A stretch of DNA of 62,457 nucleotides from Kiloniellaceae bacterium (GCA_021776215.1 JAJFGI010000028.1:1-62457); one strand, 5' to 3'; positions 8,401-15,833 are shown, counted from the first letter of the stretch. Notes: generated from the sequence alone by a model not told the origin. Numbers and translations are program-made.

Positions 8401-11326
8401 CGTATCGCTCGCCTTCAATGGCGGCACCGGCCGCTGGGAATTGACCGGCTATGCCAATGACGCCGAGCTGGGTCAGGCGATCAATGCCCTGAGCATAAAC
8501 GTCCCGGCGGGCTTCGACGGCGTAGTCACGGGCACGATCTTCACTCGGACGGCGGAAGCCAATACGCCCGAGGGCGCGGCGCCCGGCAGCGGCCAGGAAC
8601 CCGAAACATCCGACAACGTGCGCGAAGGCGCGTTCGAATTCAGCGCGACCGTCAGGGGCGATATCGGCGTTCCGGAAGTCAGTATCGTCGTCAACAGCAC
8701 CGATGCCGGCGCGTACTTTAAGGAGGACCTGCCACACGACGTCACCCTCTCGGCCTCGGTCAGCAATTCGACCGACGAGCTCACGTCGTTGGTCGTCGAG
8801 GGCCTGACCTGGGGCGTTTCAGGAGGGGAGCTGAGCGATCTGGAAGCATTGGCCGATGTGGCGAGCGCGACCTTCGTCGGCGGCACGCTGACGATCACGT
8901 TCGTGCCGGGGGTGGAAAGCTTTACCTATACCGAGCTGACCATGACGCCGCCGGAGGACACGGACGTCGATCTGTCGGGTGTGGTGATCACCGCGAATGC
9001 CCAGGACAAGACGACCCCGGCTCTGACCGCCAGCAATTCCGCCGGGACGACCTTCGTCGTCGATGCGGTGGCCGATGGGGGTGTCCTGGTCGATACCAGC
9101 GGTATTCCGGTCTCCGACGCCGGCGCGCCGGTCTCTCTTGGCTTGACCCTGACCACGGCGGTGGGCAATCCGGCCAATCCGGCCGGCGATGCGCAAAACC
9201 CCGGCGGGTTCGACACCGACGGGTCCGAGAGCGTGACCAGCGTGGTGGTGACCCTGAGCGGCATCGGTGTGGCCGACGATTCGGATGCCGCGCTGCTCTT
9301 CGACGATACCGGGTTGGTCATCACCGCCAACCACGTGGCGGGCTCGCTGGTGTGGGAGTTCTTGGGGTCGGAGGCCGATTTGCAGGCCCTGATGACCACC
9401 CTGCAGGTTGATCCAAGCAATGCCTTCGAGGGCACCATCGACGTCGCCGTCGCGGTGACCACCACCGAGGCGAATACGCCACAGGGCGCGGCGCCGGCAA
9501 GCGGACAAGAGCCCGAGACGAGCGACAACACCATCACCGAAACATTCAATTTCTCGGTCACGGTGACCGATACGGCGCCGGTCGCGGTCGATGACACGGA
9601 CGGCGGGCCGGAGGTCGGGAATACCAACCTGATCATCGTCTTCGACCGCTCCGGCAGCATGGGCGATAATCCGAGCACCGTCGGCTTCTCCGACCGCATT
9701 AATCTGGCGCGGGCGGCGATTGCTAACCTGCTTCATGCGGTCGGGCCGGACGGGAACGTCAACGTGATGATCGTTGATTTCAGCAGCAGCGCGTCGACGT
9801 CCGGCTGGCTGACCACCGCCGTGGAGGCCAATGCCTATCTGGGCAGCTTGCAGTTCGGTGGCACCACCAACTACAACGCCGCCATCAATTTGGCCCAGAC
9901 AGCGTTCGACGTTTCAATGAATCCGCCGACGAGCGGCAACAATGTGACCTACTTCCTCTCTGACGGTAAGCCGAATCCGGTTGCTACGGGCTTGGACCTC
10001 GGCGAGCAGACGACTTGGGAAACTTTCCTCGCGGCGAATAACATGCCGGCCTTTGCGATCGGCATCGGCGGCGGCGTCACCACCACCGAACTGGCCCCCA
10101 TTGCTCACGATCCGAACGATCCGGCGGGCGCGGCGAATACGCCAATCCTCGTGACGACCGAGGGCGAAATCATTAATCTCCTGGTCAACATAAGCGGCAC
10201 CGCTTTCAACGGCAACGTGCTGACCAATGACCTTCCTGGTGCCGACGGTTTCGGATCGCCGGCAATCACGCAGTTGGCTCTCAATGGCGTCGCGACCACC
10301 GGGTTCACCAGCGCGTTCAGTGTGGCGGTTGCATCTGTCGCCGGCATGATCACGCTGACCGGCTCGATCGGCGCCGACGATTACTGGGTGTTGACCCTCG
10401 ATACCGCCGATGCAGGTGCCGGCAACTACCAGCTCACGCTGCTGCGGCCTTTGCCGCACACTGTGGACGGCGGTGTCGGTAGTCTCGTGTTCGATTACAC
10501 CATTGTCGACGGGGATGGCGATATCGACAGCGCATCGCTTTCCTTCAACATCAACGATGTGCCGGGGGCCGGCGTCGGCTTGCCGCAAATCATCGATACG
10601 GCGAACAACAATGGCGTTCTCAACGGCACCGATGCGGACGAAATCCTGGCGGGGGGTGCCGGCAACGACATCCTCAATGCCGGTGGCGGCAACGACCACC
10701 TTTACGGGGGCAACGGCAACGATATCCTGAATGGCGGCGACGGGGATGACATTCTCATCGGCGGCGACGGCAACGACGAGCTCAACGGGGGTGCCGGCAA
10801 CGACGTTCTCAACGGCGGCGCTGGCATCGACATCCTCGACGGCGGTGCCGATAACGACGCGCTCTATGGCGGCTTGGGCAACGATACGCTGATCGGTGGA
10901 TTGGGCGACGATCTCCTGATCGGCGGTGGCGGCAACGACATCCTCGACGGCGGACCCGGCGCCGATATCATGCACGGCAGCAATTCGCCCGGCAACGGCG
11001 GCTCCGTGGATTTCCGATACAGCCTTGCCGATCTTGGCACGGGTGTCGATACAATCATCGGCTTCGACGATGACGGCTCGGGCGAGGATCAGCTCGATCT
11101 GCGCGACATCTTCACGGGGCCGGAGAATTTTGCGACACTGATCGCTGGTGGCTTCCTGATCCTCGACAACAGCGCCAACGTCGGGGGCGGTCCCGGCAAC
11201 GACACCGTGGTCAGCATTGACCTCGACGGGGCCGTCGGGATAGGTGCCCCGGTGATTTTGGTCAACATTCTGGACGTCAATACCCTCGACAGTCCGTTGG
11301 ATAGCTTCAACTTCATCGTCAACTAG
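5411..11326 (+). CDS. Giant LapA-like RTX adhesin (type I secretion substrate) with tandem repeats, a VWA domain and an RTX block
   Basis: Track ORF, 1971 aa. I see no cysteine in the translation, and the protein is acidic. It has an N-terminal ~140-aa module followed by TAAG, then four ~292-aa tandem repeats. The VWA MIDAS motif DRSGS lies at 9644-9658. Twelve consecutive GGxGxDxLx nonapeptides lie at 10649-10978. The C-terminal tail is typical of T1SS substrates. T1SS genes and a LapG-like gene lie adjacent. Confidence 0.9.
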   Translation: MTEDLSWGPADESAAKTESTGATNNGAVSGTEGAETLVGQAAILVQAPPPDTVVTIPVVPGQRYVIDFDPAAAQIVVAGDDLILTFANDGRIVFQDIGAIDPALEAPIFEIAGADVPASVLYQQAVALAGPAATVEGQPTLETAAGPGAGPGAQGTGATQYSDDTGQTIDLLNPQGVIPGVEREFGLITLENIDLLEEQEALLVVGSVGDPTVSISGSGDGGFKEDAPNNVAITAAVADSTDQLTSIVVEGLTWGIAPAELAALEAEADVASVTFVGGTLTITFVPGVETFAYFALIMTPPEDTDVDLLGTITANAQDKTNPALTSSTAIGFTFVVDAVLDFQPEISQGSAPSVGESDVAQDISLGLSFSSVNAGFPLSGAGGPDDDGSESTTVEIEISAGTLQFDGSEPAGVSLAFNGGTGRWELTGYTNDAELGQAINALSINVPAGFDGDITGTIFTRTAEANTPEGAAPGSGQEPETSDNVREGTFEFSATVRGDISQPTVAISGSGDGGFKEDAPNNVAISASVADSTDQLTSIVVEGLTWGIAPAELTALEADADVASVTFVGGTLTITFVPGVESFTYSALTMTPPEDTDVDLLGTITANAQDKTTPALTSSTAVGFTFVVDAVLDFQPEISQAVAPTEAESDVAQDISLGLSFSTVNAGFPFSGAGGPDDDGSESTTVEIEISAGTLQFDGSEPAGVSLAFNGGTGRWELTGYANDAELGQAINALSINVPAGFDGVITGTVFTRTVEANTPEGAAPGSGQEPETSDNVREGEFAFSATVEGSAGEPTVSISGGGDGIFKEDTSGEVTFSAAVANSTDELTSLEISGLTWGVAASELTDLEALADVASATFVGDTLTITFVAGVESFNYSALTVTPPADTDVDLSGVVITANVQDKTTPALTASNSAETTFVVDAVLDFQPEVSQVLAPSVGESDVAQDISLGLSFSTVNAGFPFSGAGGPDDDGSESTTVEIEISAGTLQFDGSEPAGVSLAFNGGTGRWELTGYANDAELGQAINALSINVPAGFDGVVTGTIFTRTAEANTPEGAAPGSGQEPETSDNVREGAFEFSATVRGDIGVPEVSIVVNSTDAGAYFKEDLPHDVTLSASVSNSTDELTSLVVEGLTWGVSGGELSDLEALADVASATFVGGTLTITFVPGVESFTYTELTMTPPEDTDVDLSGVVITANAQDKTTPALTASNSAGTTFVVDAVADGGVLVDTSGIPVSDAGAPVSLGLTLTTAVGNPANPAGDAQNPGGFDTDGSESVTSVVVTLSGIGVADDSDAALLFDDTGLVITANHVAGSLVWEFLGSEADLQALMTTLQVDPSNAFEGTIDVAVAVTTTEANTPQGAAPASGQEPETSDNTITETFNFSVTVTDTAPVAVDDTDGGPEVGNTNLIIVFDRSGSMGDNPSTVGFSDRINLARAAIANLLHAVGPDGNVNVMIVDFSSSASTSGWLTTAVEANAYLGSLQFGGTTNYNAAINLAQTAFDVSMNPPTSGNNVTYFLSDGKPNPVATGLDLGEQTTWETFLAANNMPAFAIGIGGGVTTTELAPIAHDPNDPAGAANTPILVTTEGEIINLLVNISGTAFNGNVLTNDLPGADGFGSPAITQLALNGVATTGFTSAFSVAVASVAGMITLTGSIGADDYWVLTLDTADAGAGNYQLTLLRPLPHTVDGGVGSLVFDYTIVDGDGDIDSASLSFNINDVPGAGVGLPQIIDTANNNGVLNGTDADEILAGGAGNDILNAGGGNDHLYGGNGNDILNGGDGDDILIGGDGNDELNGGAGNDVLNGGAGIDILDGGADNDALYGGLGNDTLIGGLGDDLLIGGGGNDILDGGPGADIMHGSNSPGNGGSVDFRYSLADLGTGVDTIIGFDDDGSGEDQLDLRDIFTGPENFATLIAGGFLILDNSANVGGGPGNDTVVSIDLDGAVGIGAPVILVNILDVNTLDSPLDSFNFIVN
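5837..5848 (+). other. TAAG di-alanine motif (candidate LapG-type cleavage site) in the adhesin, residues 143-146
   Basis: Codons acc gcg gcc ggc fall in frame within ...QPTLETAAGPGAGPGAQG..., directly followed by a Gly/Pro/Ala linker. The motif matches the (T/A/P)AA(G/V) pattern known for LapA-type substrates. Confidence 0.55.
6041..6916 (+). repeat. Adhesin tandem repeat unit 1 (876 bp, 292 aa)
   Basis: The unit starts at PTVSISGSGDGGFKEDAPNN and ends at ...EANTPEGAAPGSGQEPETSDNVREGTFEFSATVRGDISQ. It stays in frame, with a period of 876 bp to the next unit. Confidence 0.9.
6917..7792 (+). repeat. Adhesin tandem repeat unit 2 (876 bp)
   Basis: Near-identical to unit 1 at both DNA and protein level (PTVAISGSGDGGFKEDAPNN...). 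Confidence 0.9.
7793..8671 (+). repeat. Adhesin tandem repeat unit 3 (879 bp)
   Basis: PTVSISGGGDGIFKEDTSGE... The second half (VVDAVLDFQPE...SESTTVEIEISAGTLQFDGSEPAGVSLAFNGGTGRWELTGY) is nearly identical to units 1-2. Confidence 0.9.
8672..9577 (+). repeat. Adhesin tandem repeat unit 4 (906 bp, diverged)
   Basis: PEVSIVVNSTDAGAYFKEDLPHD... The first half is conserved and the second half has diverged, but it still ends in EANTPQGAAPASGQEPETSDN...FNFSVTVTDTA. Confidence 0.8.
10649..10978 (+). repeat. RTX calcium-binding block: 12 consecutive nonapeptide repeats
   Basis: GGAGNDILN AGGGNDHLY GGNGNDILN GGDGDDILI GGDGNDELN GGAGNDVLN GGAGIDILD GGADNDALY GGLGNDTLI GGLGDDLLI GGGGNDILD GGPGADIMH, counted by eye. 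Confidence 0.9.
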
Positions 11327-11408
11327 GGTCCCTGAATCAGAGGTGGGGCATAAAAGGTAACAGAGCCAAGCTTATCCAATAGCCTTCTGAGCCGACAGTC
11401 TCGGTTCG

Positions 11409-11443
11409 CGGGGGGTGCAGGTAGCGCCCCCCGATTTCTTTTT
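11409..11443 (+). terminator. Rho-independent terminator of the adhesin gene
   Basis: Stem CGGGGGG/CCCCCCG with an 11-nt loop, followed by ATTTCTTTTT; about 80 nt after the stop codon. Confidence 0.6.
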
Positions 11444-11487
11444 GACGGCCGAATGAAACCTGCAACCGGGACTGGGTGGCGCCGCCT

Positions 11488-11610
11488 AGCCTGGTCAATA
11501 TTGAGCGCATCGACGGGGGCGCCGGCAATGACACGGTCATCGGCACCGCCGGCAATTCGGTGACCGATCTGCTTAACGAACTCGGTCCGACCGGCGCTGA
11601 AGTCGCCTAG
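11488..11610 (+). pseudogene. Relic of an RTX-protein C-terminus (no start codon, about 40 codons)
   Basis: My translation gives SLVNIERIDGGAGNDTVIGTAGNSVTDLLNELGPTGAEVA*. It contains one canonical RTX nonapeptide, GGAGNDTVI. The frame is closed by stops at 11422 and 11443 and has no ATG. It lies just past the adhesin terminator. Confidence 0.5.
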
Positions 11611-12671
11611 CGACTTTGCGGGATCGCCAGGATCAGGCGTCCCAGCAAGGCAACGGATGCGTCGCCATCGACCGGCAGCCCGGCTTTCGCCTGAAACGCC
11701 GATATGGCGGCTTTCTCGGCTGCCGGGTCATCGGTCGCGGCCGGCGCCAGCAAGCCCAACGTCGTCAACAACGCGTCGATCGTGCGCCGCGGAATAGGCG
11801 TAGCCGGGCCGCCGCCGGCCGGGGCGCGGCCGTTCGACCACGTGGCGCCGCCACGCTGCGCCGCCGCCACGGCTTGTGCGGGCCCCTTGCCCGGCTGAAA
11901 CAGGGCCACCGATAGGGCGCCGGCGGTCTCTCCAGTCTTGGTTTGGGCGTTGAGGACGTGCAGGCCGGTCACCCGGACCTCGCCGTCCACGAAGACGATC
12001 AGCGGCGAGCCGGAATCGCCCTTCGCCAGATGGCAGGAATGCAGGAGTCCGGACTCGCCGCGAAAACTCCCCAGGATTTCGCAGCCGAGATTGACGGACA
12101 TGATGTTGCTGCGGCCCTGGCTGTAGCCGGCCTGGACCAGCCGCGCCTCGCCGCGGCGGATGCGCGCGGCAAGTTCCTCGTCCAGCCGGCGCAGCCCGAG
12201 CCAGCCGGCCTGTCGGCCGATGGGCACCTCCAGCTCGAGCACGGCCCAGTCGACGACGGCATTGTCTGTCGCCGCGCCGGCGCGGTAGTCGAAGCGACGG
12301 TCTCGTTCATAGCCGCGGACCGGCGAATGGATGAGGTAGGTATCGCGCTGATAGCCGGCCACGAAATGAACCTCGCCAGGGCCACGCCAGCGTCCCTCGA
12401 TGGGGTCGTAGAGGCAGTGCGCCGCCGTCAGGACGGCGGTTTCACTGATCAGGAAGCCGGTGCAATGGCCGCGCCCACCGACGTTGACCCGGCCGATGGC
12501 GCTCCACGGATACTCCATGGCGTTCACTTCGAAGCGCTCGCCCAACGCCGCCGCATGGCTGGTGGCGAGGATGGAACCCGCGAGCAGGATCACGACGGCA
12601 CGTCGCGTCGCCCGGATGCACCGCGCGGTAAACCGGCGCCTGCCGTCCTTGGGCTTGTCGAAAGTCGTCAT
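11607..12671 (-). CDS. Secreted trypsin-like (S1, Glu-specific-endopeptidase-like) serine protease with a C-terminal peptidoglycan-binding domain
   Basis: Track ORF 11607..12755. The start was chosen at MTTFDKPKDGRRR... before a hydrophobic signal/anchor. Catalytic motifs are TAAHC (His) and GDSGSP (Ser). The C-terminal AAISAFQAKAGLPVDGDASVALLGRL resembles a PG_binding_1 domain. Confidence 0.75.
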   Translation of the reverse strand: MTTFDKPKDGRRRFTARCIRATRRAVVILLAGSILATSHAAALGERFEVNAMEYPWSAIGRVNVGGRGHCTGFLISETAVLTAAHCLYDPIEGRWRGPGEVHFVAGYQRDTYLIHSPVRGYERDRRFDYRAGAATDNAVVDWAVLELEVPIGRQAGWLGLRRLDEELAARIRRGEARLVQAGYSQGRSNIMSVNLGCEILGSFRGESGLLHSCHLAKGDSGSPLIVFVDGEVRVTGLHVLNAQTKTGETAGALSVALFQPGKGPAQAVAAAQRGGATWSNGRAPAGGGPATPIPRRTIDALLTTLGLLAPAATDDPAAEKAAISAFQAKAGLPVDGDASVALLGRLILAIPQSR

Positions 12672-12732
12672 GGGTTTGGAACCGGAGACAAAAGCGACCG
12701 GCGAGAGACGGAGCACAGCGGGAAATCGAGCC

Positions 12733-14847
12733 TCAGTCGACCGCGACGCTGGCAATCAGCTTTTCGCCGGCGACCGAGCCCACGGCTTCGCGCAGCGCCG
12801 CCACCACCGCCGGGTCGTAGCGGTCCGTGTTCTGCTCAAGAATATCGAGCGCCTCGCCCGCAGCGATGCCGGCGCGATAGGAGCGTGGCTCCACCCGGGC
12901 ACAGAACACGTCGCAGGCGCCAAGAATCCGCGCGGTAAGGCGGATCTGATCGCCGGACAGGCCGGCGGGATAGCCCTTGCCATCGAGACGTTCGTGCATC
13001 TGATACACGGTTTCGAGCACGGGCAATCCAAAGTCGATCTCGCGCAGGATGGCGGCGGCATGGTCCAGGTGCTCCTGCATCTCCGCAATCTCGCCTTCGC
13101 TCAGGCGGCCGGGCTTGTTGAGGATCTCCCGGGAGATCGCCAGCTTGCCGATCTGCGATAGGTTGGCGGCGATCTCGACCGTGGCGATATCCTCGGCGCT
13201 GGCGTCAAGGCGCTGCGCGACGGCGGTGGCGAATCCGGCCACCCGGCGCGAATGGCCGCCAAGATAGGGATCGCGCAACTCGATGGCCCGCACCAAGGCG
13301 GTGACCATCTGCTGAATGGCCTTCTCCTTCATGCGTTGCTGTTCGACCAGTTCGGTCACATCGCGGGTCACCGAGACGATGCCTGACGTTTTCCCGTGAT
13401 CACCCTGATAGGGAACCTTGGAGATCTGGAAGTAGTGCAGCTTCTTGCCCAGATAGATCTCTTCATTGACGGTCACGGCGGCGCCCGAGGCCACCGCTCT
13501 TTGGTCAGAGAGCCGCAGGCGCTGGGCGGTGCCCGCGCCGAAAATCGCGCTATCGTCGAGGCCGATAATCTTGTCCACATCCCGGCCAAGGGCCCGGGCG
13601 AACGCCGGATTGACGTACTGATAGGTGCCGTCCAGGGCTTTCAATCCGATGTAGTCGGCCATCGTATTGTTGATGCTGTTCAGCAGCTGCTTTTGGGCCT
13701 CGATACGTGCCGCCAGGCGGCGGAACTGATCGGCCAGGGCCGAGCTGTGCTCGTTGGACAAGCGCCACCAGAAGGCGCCAAAGGCGGCGACAACGGCGAG
13801 GACGACGAGAACCGAAACCGCTATAGCCGCCGCCACGAAGCCGGCCAGGGTCTCGTCTACGGCGGCCGCCTCGATTTCTTGCACGATCCACCAAGCCGGT
13901 CCGCTGGCGGCGACGCCGACCGAGTAGACCTGCTGGCCGCCGTCGATGGAGGTGCGGCGGCCAAAGGGAATCGAATGATCCGGCCCATCCAGCTCGAGTC
14001 CCGCGATAGGGCGCAGCGGCGGCACCTCGCCCGGCGTTACGGCGACAAAGTCGCCGTCGTCAAGCTGCACCAGCCGTGGGCGTTCGCCCGGCTGGGAGAG
14101 GGGCGGCGGCGTCAATATCTGACCGAGCGCGGCAGAGACCGGCGCGGTGAGCAACAGGACCCCGACAGGGCGCTCCGCCGCAACCTCGCTCTGGGCCCGA
14201 AAGATCGGCGCGTGGACGTCCAGAACCAATCCCGTCGCCGCGGCGCGGGCGGGCCCATAACGCAACACCCCGGTCTCGAACACCTCGGCGGCGATGGCCT
14301 GCTGCGCCGGTGAGATGGGGTCGGCACCGGCGCTGGTAACATAGGCGATACCGTTGCGGCCGACGACGTATGCTGCCAGGAAATCGGCGCTTTTCGTAAA
14401 GTCGGTCAAGACCTGCTGCATGAACGGAAGTTGCGCCGCCAGGGGCACGCCCATGCCCGAGGGCACCGCGGCGTCCGGTGGCACGGGCTGATCGCGGGTC
14501 GCCAGGTCCGAAATATCGCCGCCGGACAGATCCATCTCGGTGGCGAACAGACGGAACAGCTCGCTGCCGACAACCCGGTCCGCCGGCCGCGTCATGCCAT
14601 CGAGCCAGGCGGCGATGACATCCCCGCGGCCGTCCGCCAGGATCTGCAGGCGGCGCTCGAACTCGCCCACCACCTCGGTACGCTTGACCTGTATGGCGAT
14701 GAACGGCACGACGATGGCGATGACAACCACGATCGTGATCACCAACGCGCCGCGAGTCAGCGTGCGCGAAGCCGCCGGCCGGAAATCCTTGGGGTCGATA
14801 TCAGCGGATATGAGATCGGGAGCCGCCGCTTCGCCGGAGCTGGCCAT
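12733..14847 (-). CDS. Transmembrane sensor: periplasmic Cache-like domain, PAS domain, and an HD-GYP domain with a degenerate HD dyad (candidate c-di-GMP receptor)
   Basis: Track ORF, 704 aa. TM1 is LVITIVVVIAIVVPFIAI and TM2 is FVAAAIAVSVLVVLAVVAAFGAFWW, flanking about 280 periplasmic residues. A PAS-like segment (LNSINNTMADYIGLKALDGTYQYVNPAF...) follows. The HD-GYP domain reads GGHSRRV...AANLSQIGK...MHERLDGKGYPAGL...CDVFCA. The gene starts 20 nt after the stop of the LapG-like gene. Confidence 0.85.
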   Translation of the reverse strand: MASSGEAAAPDLISADIDPKDFRPAASRTLTRGALVITIVVVIAIVVPFIAIQVKRTEVVGEFERRLQILADGRGDVIAAWLDGMTRPADRVVGSELFRLFATEMDLSGGDISDLATRDQPVPPDAAVPSGMGVPLAAQLPFMQQVLTDFTKSADFLAAYVVGRNGIAYVTSAGADPISPAQQAIAAEVFETGVLRYGPARAAATGLVLDVHAPIFRAQSEVAAERPVGVLLLTAPVSAALGQILTPPPLSQPGERPRLVQLDDGDFVAVTPGEVPPLRPIAGLELDGPDHSIPFGRRTSIDGGQQVYSVGVAASGPAWWIVQEIEAAAVDETLAGFVAAAIAVSVLVVLAVVAAFGAFWWRLSNEHSSALADQFRRLAARIEAQKQLLNSINNTMADYIGLKALDGTYQYVNPAFARALGRDVDKIIGLDDSAIFGAGTAQRLRLSDQRAVASGAAVTVNEEIYLGKKLHYFQISKVPYQGDHGKTSGIVSVTRDVTELVEQQRMKEKAIQQMVTALVRAIELRDPYLGGHSRRVAGFATAVAQRLDASAEDIATVEIAANLSQIGKLAISREILNKPGRLSEGEIAEMQEHLDHAAAILREIDFGLPVLETVYQMHERLDGKGYPAGLSGDQIRLTARILGACDVFCARVEPRSYRAGIAAGEALDILEQNTDRYDPAVVAALREAVGSVAGEKLIASVAVD

Positions 14848-14867
14848 GGCCGGGGGGTACTCTGGTG

Positions 14868-15650
14868 TCAGTTACGTGCGGCCAAACCCTGGTACGGCTG
14901 CGTGCTTGGCTTCTTGAAGCCGCCGATATGGGCCCACCGCGTGGTTTCATTCATGGAGTACTGCGGTACATAGTGCTTATACATCGAATGAGATAGAATG
15001 AGATTCGATAGGCTATCAAGTATTAATATGTCGTCGTCGTCGTAAATCGCCAGGACCGCGTGGCCGATACCCCGGATTTCGTCCATCAGGATGACGATAC
15101 GCATCTCCTCTTTATTGAAGCCTAATTTCCGCAGCGCGAAGTACTTAGCGATCGAATAGTCTTCGCAGTCTCCGGAACGGGTCATGAATTCCCGCGGTGT
15201 GGCCCAGTACTCGCTTAGACCATAGACTTCGGTATCCAGTTTGTATGGCCAGCGGTTGAAGAAGTCGTTGACCGCCGCCAGCTTGTCGCGCCGGCCAAGG
15301 CTCGTCGCCGATGTGATGATCCTGCGCCAGTTCTTGAGGACCGGGGAGCCGCACTCGACAGGGCTTGCGACACACCGATCGAAGGCCGGCTCCTCGGCCT
15401 GCATGGCGGCCAGTACCCGGGTCCATTGTGGCAGGCCCGCGAGCGAGTCGGATCCTACCTCGACCGAGCCGAACACAGCGGTCCCTTCGGTGTCGGTCAG
15501 ACGGGCACTCTGGCCAGCGCGCAGGACGTCGGCGAGCGTCTTTTCCCCGGCCGCGTTGCTGCGCGCGGCCCCGGTCAGGGTGACTGCCAAAAAAGCTGCA
15601 GAGGCGGCTAGAAAGCCTCGCCGGGTCAATGCGGTACGCTCCCTGGACAA
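14868..15650 (-). CDS. lapG: LapG-like periplasmic bacterial transglutaminase-like cysteine protease (BTLCP, Peptidase_C93 family)
   Basis: Track ORF, 260 aa. It has a twin-arginine signal, LTRRGFLAASAAFLAV. The candidate catalytic triad context is SGDCEDYSIAKYFALRKLGF (Cys), GIGHAVLAIY (His) and ILILDSLSN (Asp). The neighbourhood of T1SS genes and an RTX adhesin fits this call. Confidence 0.8.
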   Translation of the reverse strand: MSRERTALTRRGFLAASAAFLAVTLTGAARSNAAGEKTLADVLRAGQSARLTDTEGTAVFGSVEVGSDSLAGLPQWTRVLAAMQAEEPAFDRCVASPVECGSPVLKNWRRIITSATSLGRRDKLAAVNDFFNRWPYKLDTEVYGLSEYWATPREFMTRSGDCEDYSIAKYFALRKLGFNKEEMRIVILMDEIRGIGHAVLAIYDDDDILILDSLSNLILSHSMYKHYVPQYSMNETTRWAHIGGFKKPSTQPYQGLAARN

Positions 15651-15775
15651 CGCTGCCGGCCCGGCGTGAAGTTGGGCCCGCGACCCTCTTAGGATCGCCG
15701 GTCCGCCTTAATGGAGTGTTTATACTAGTGGTTTACGGAAGCTCTGAAAATCGTTGCAAAACAGTATCTTAATGG

Positions 15776-15791
15776 GTTAACCATGGTTAAC
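15776..15791. promoter_or_regulatory. Perfect 16-bp palindrome GTTAACCATGGTTAAC between the HlyD-family gene and the LapG-like gene
   Basis: I verified by hand that the sequence equals its own reverse complement. It lies in the 183-bp gap upstream of the lapG-like/HD-GYP/protease string. Confidence 0.4.
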
Positions 15792-15833
15792 TTCTATGGC
15801 TTTTTTGGGGTCCGCCCCGCTTGGGGCCGCCCC

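Noticed and set aside
6041-9577. Regularly spaced repeats that could superficially suggest a CRISPR-like or satellite array
   Set aside because: The period is 876-906 bp, the units are contiguous with no spacers, and they stay in frame within one ORF. They are protein-domain repeats, not CRISPR repeats.
6542-10975. A series of 250-350-aa minus-strand ORFs, and many 60-140-aa ORFs in both orientations, inside the adhesin gene
   Set aside because: They tile the antisense and alternative frames of the 1971-aa adhesin ORF and repeat with the same 876-bp period. They are a by-product of the repetitive GC-rich coding sequence.
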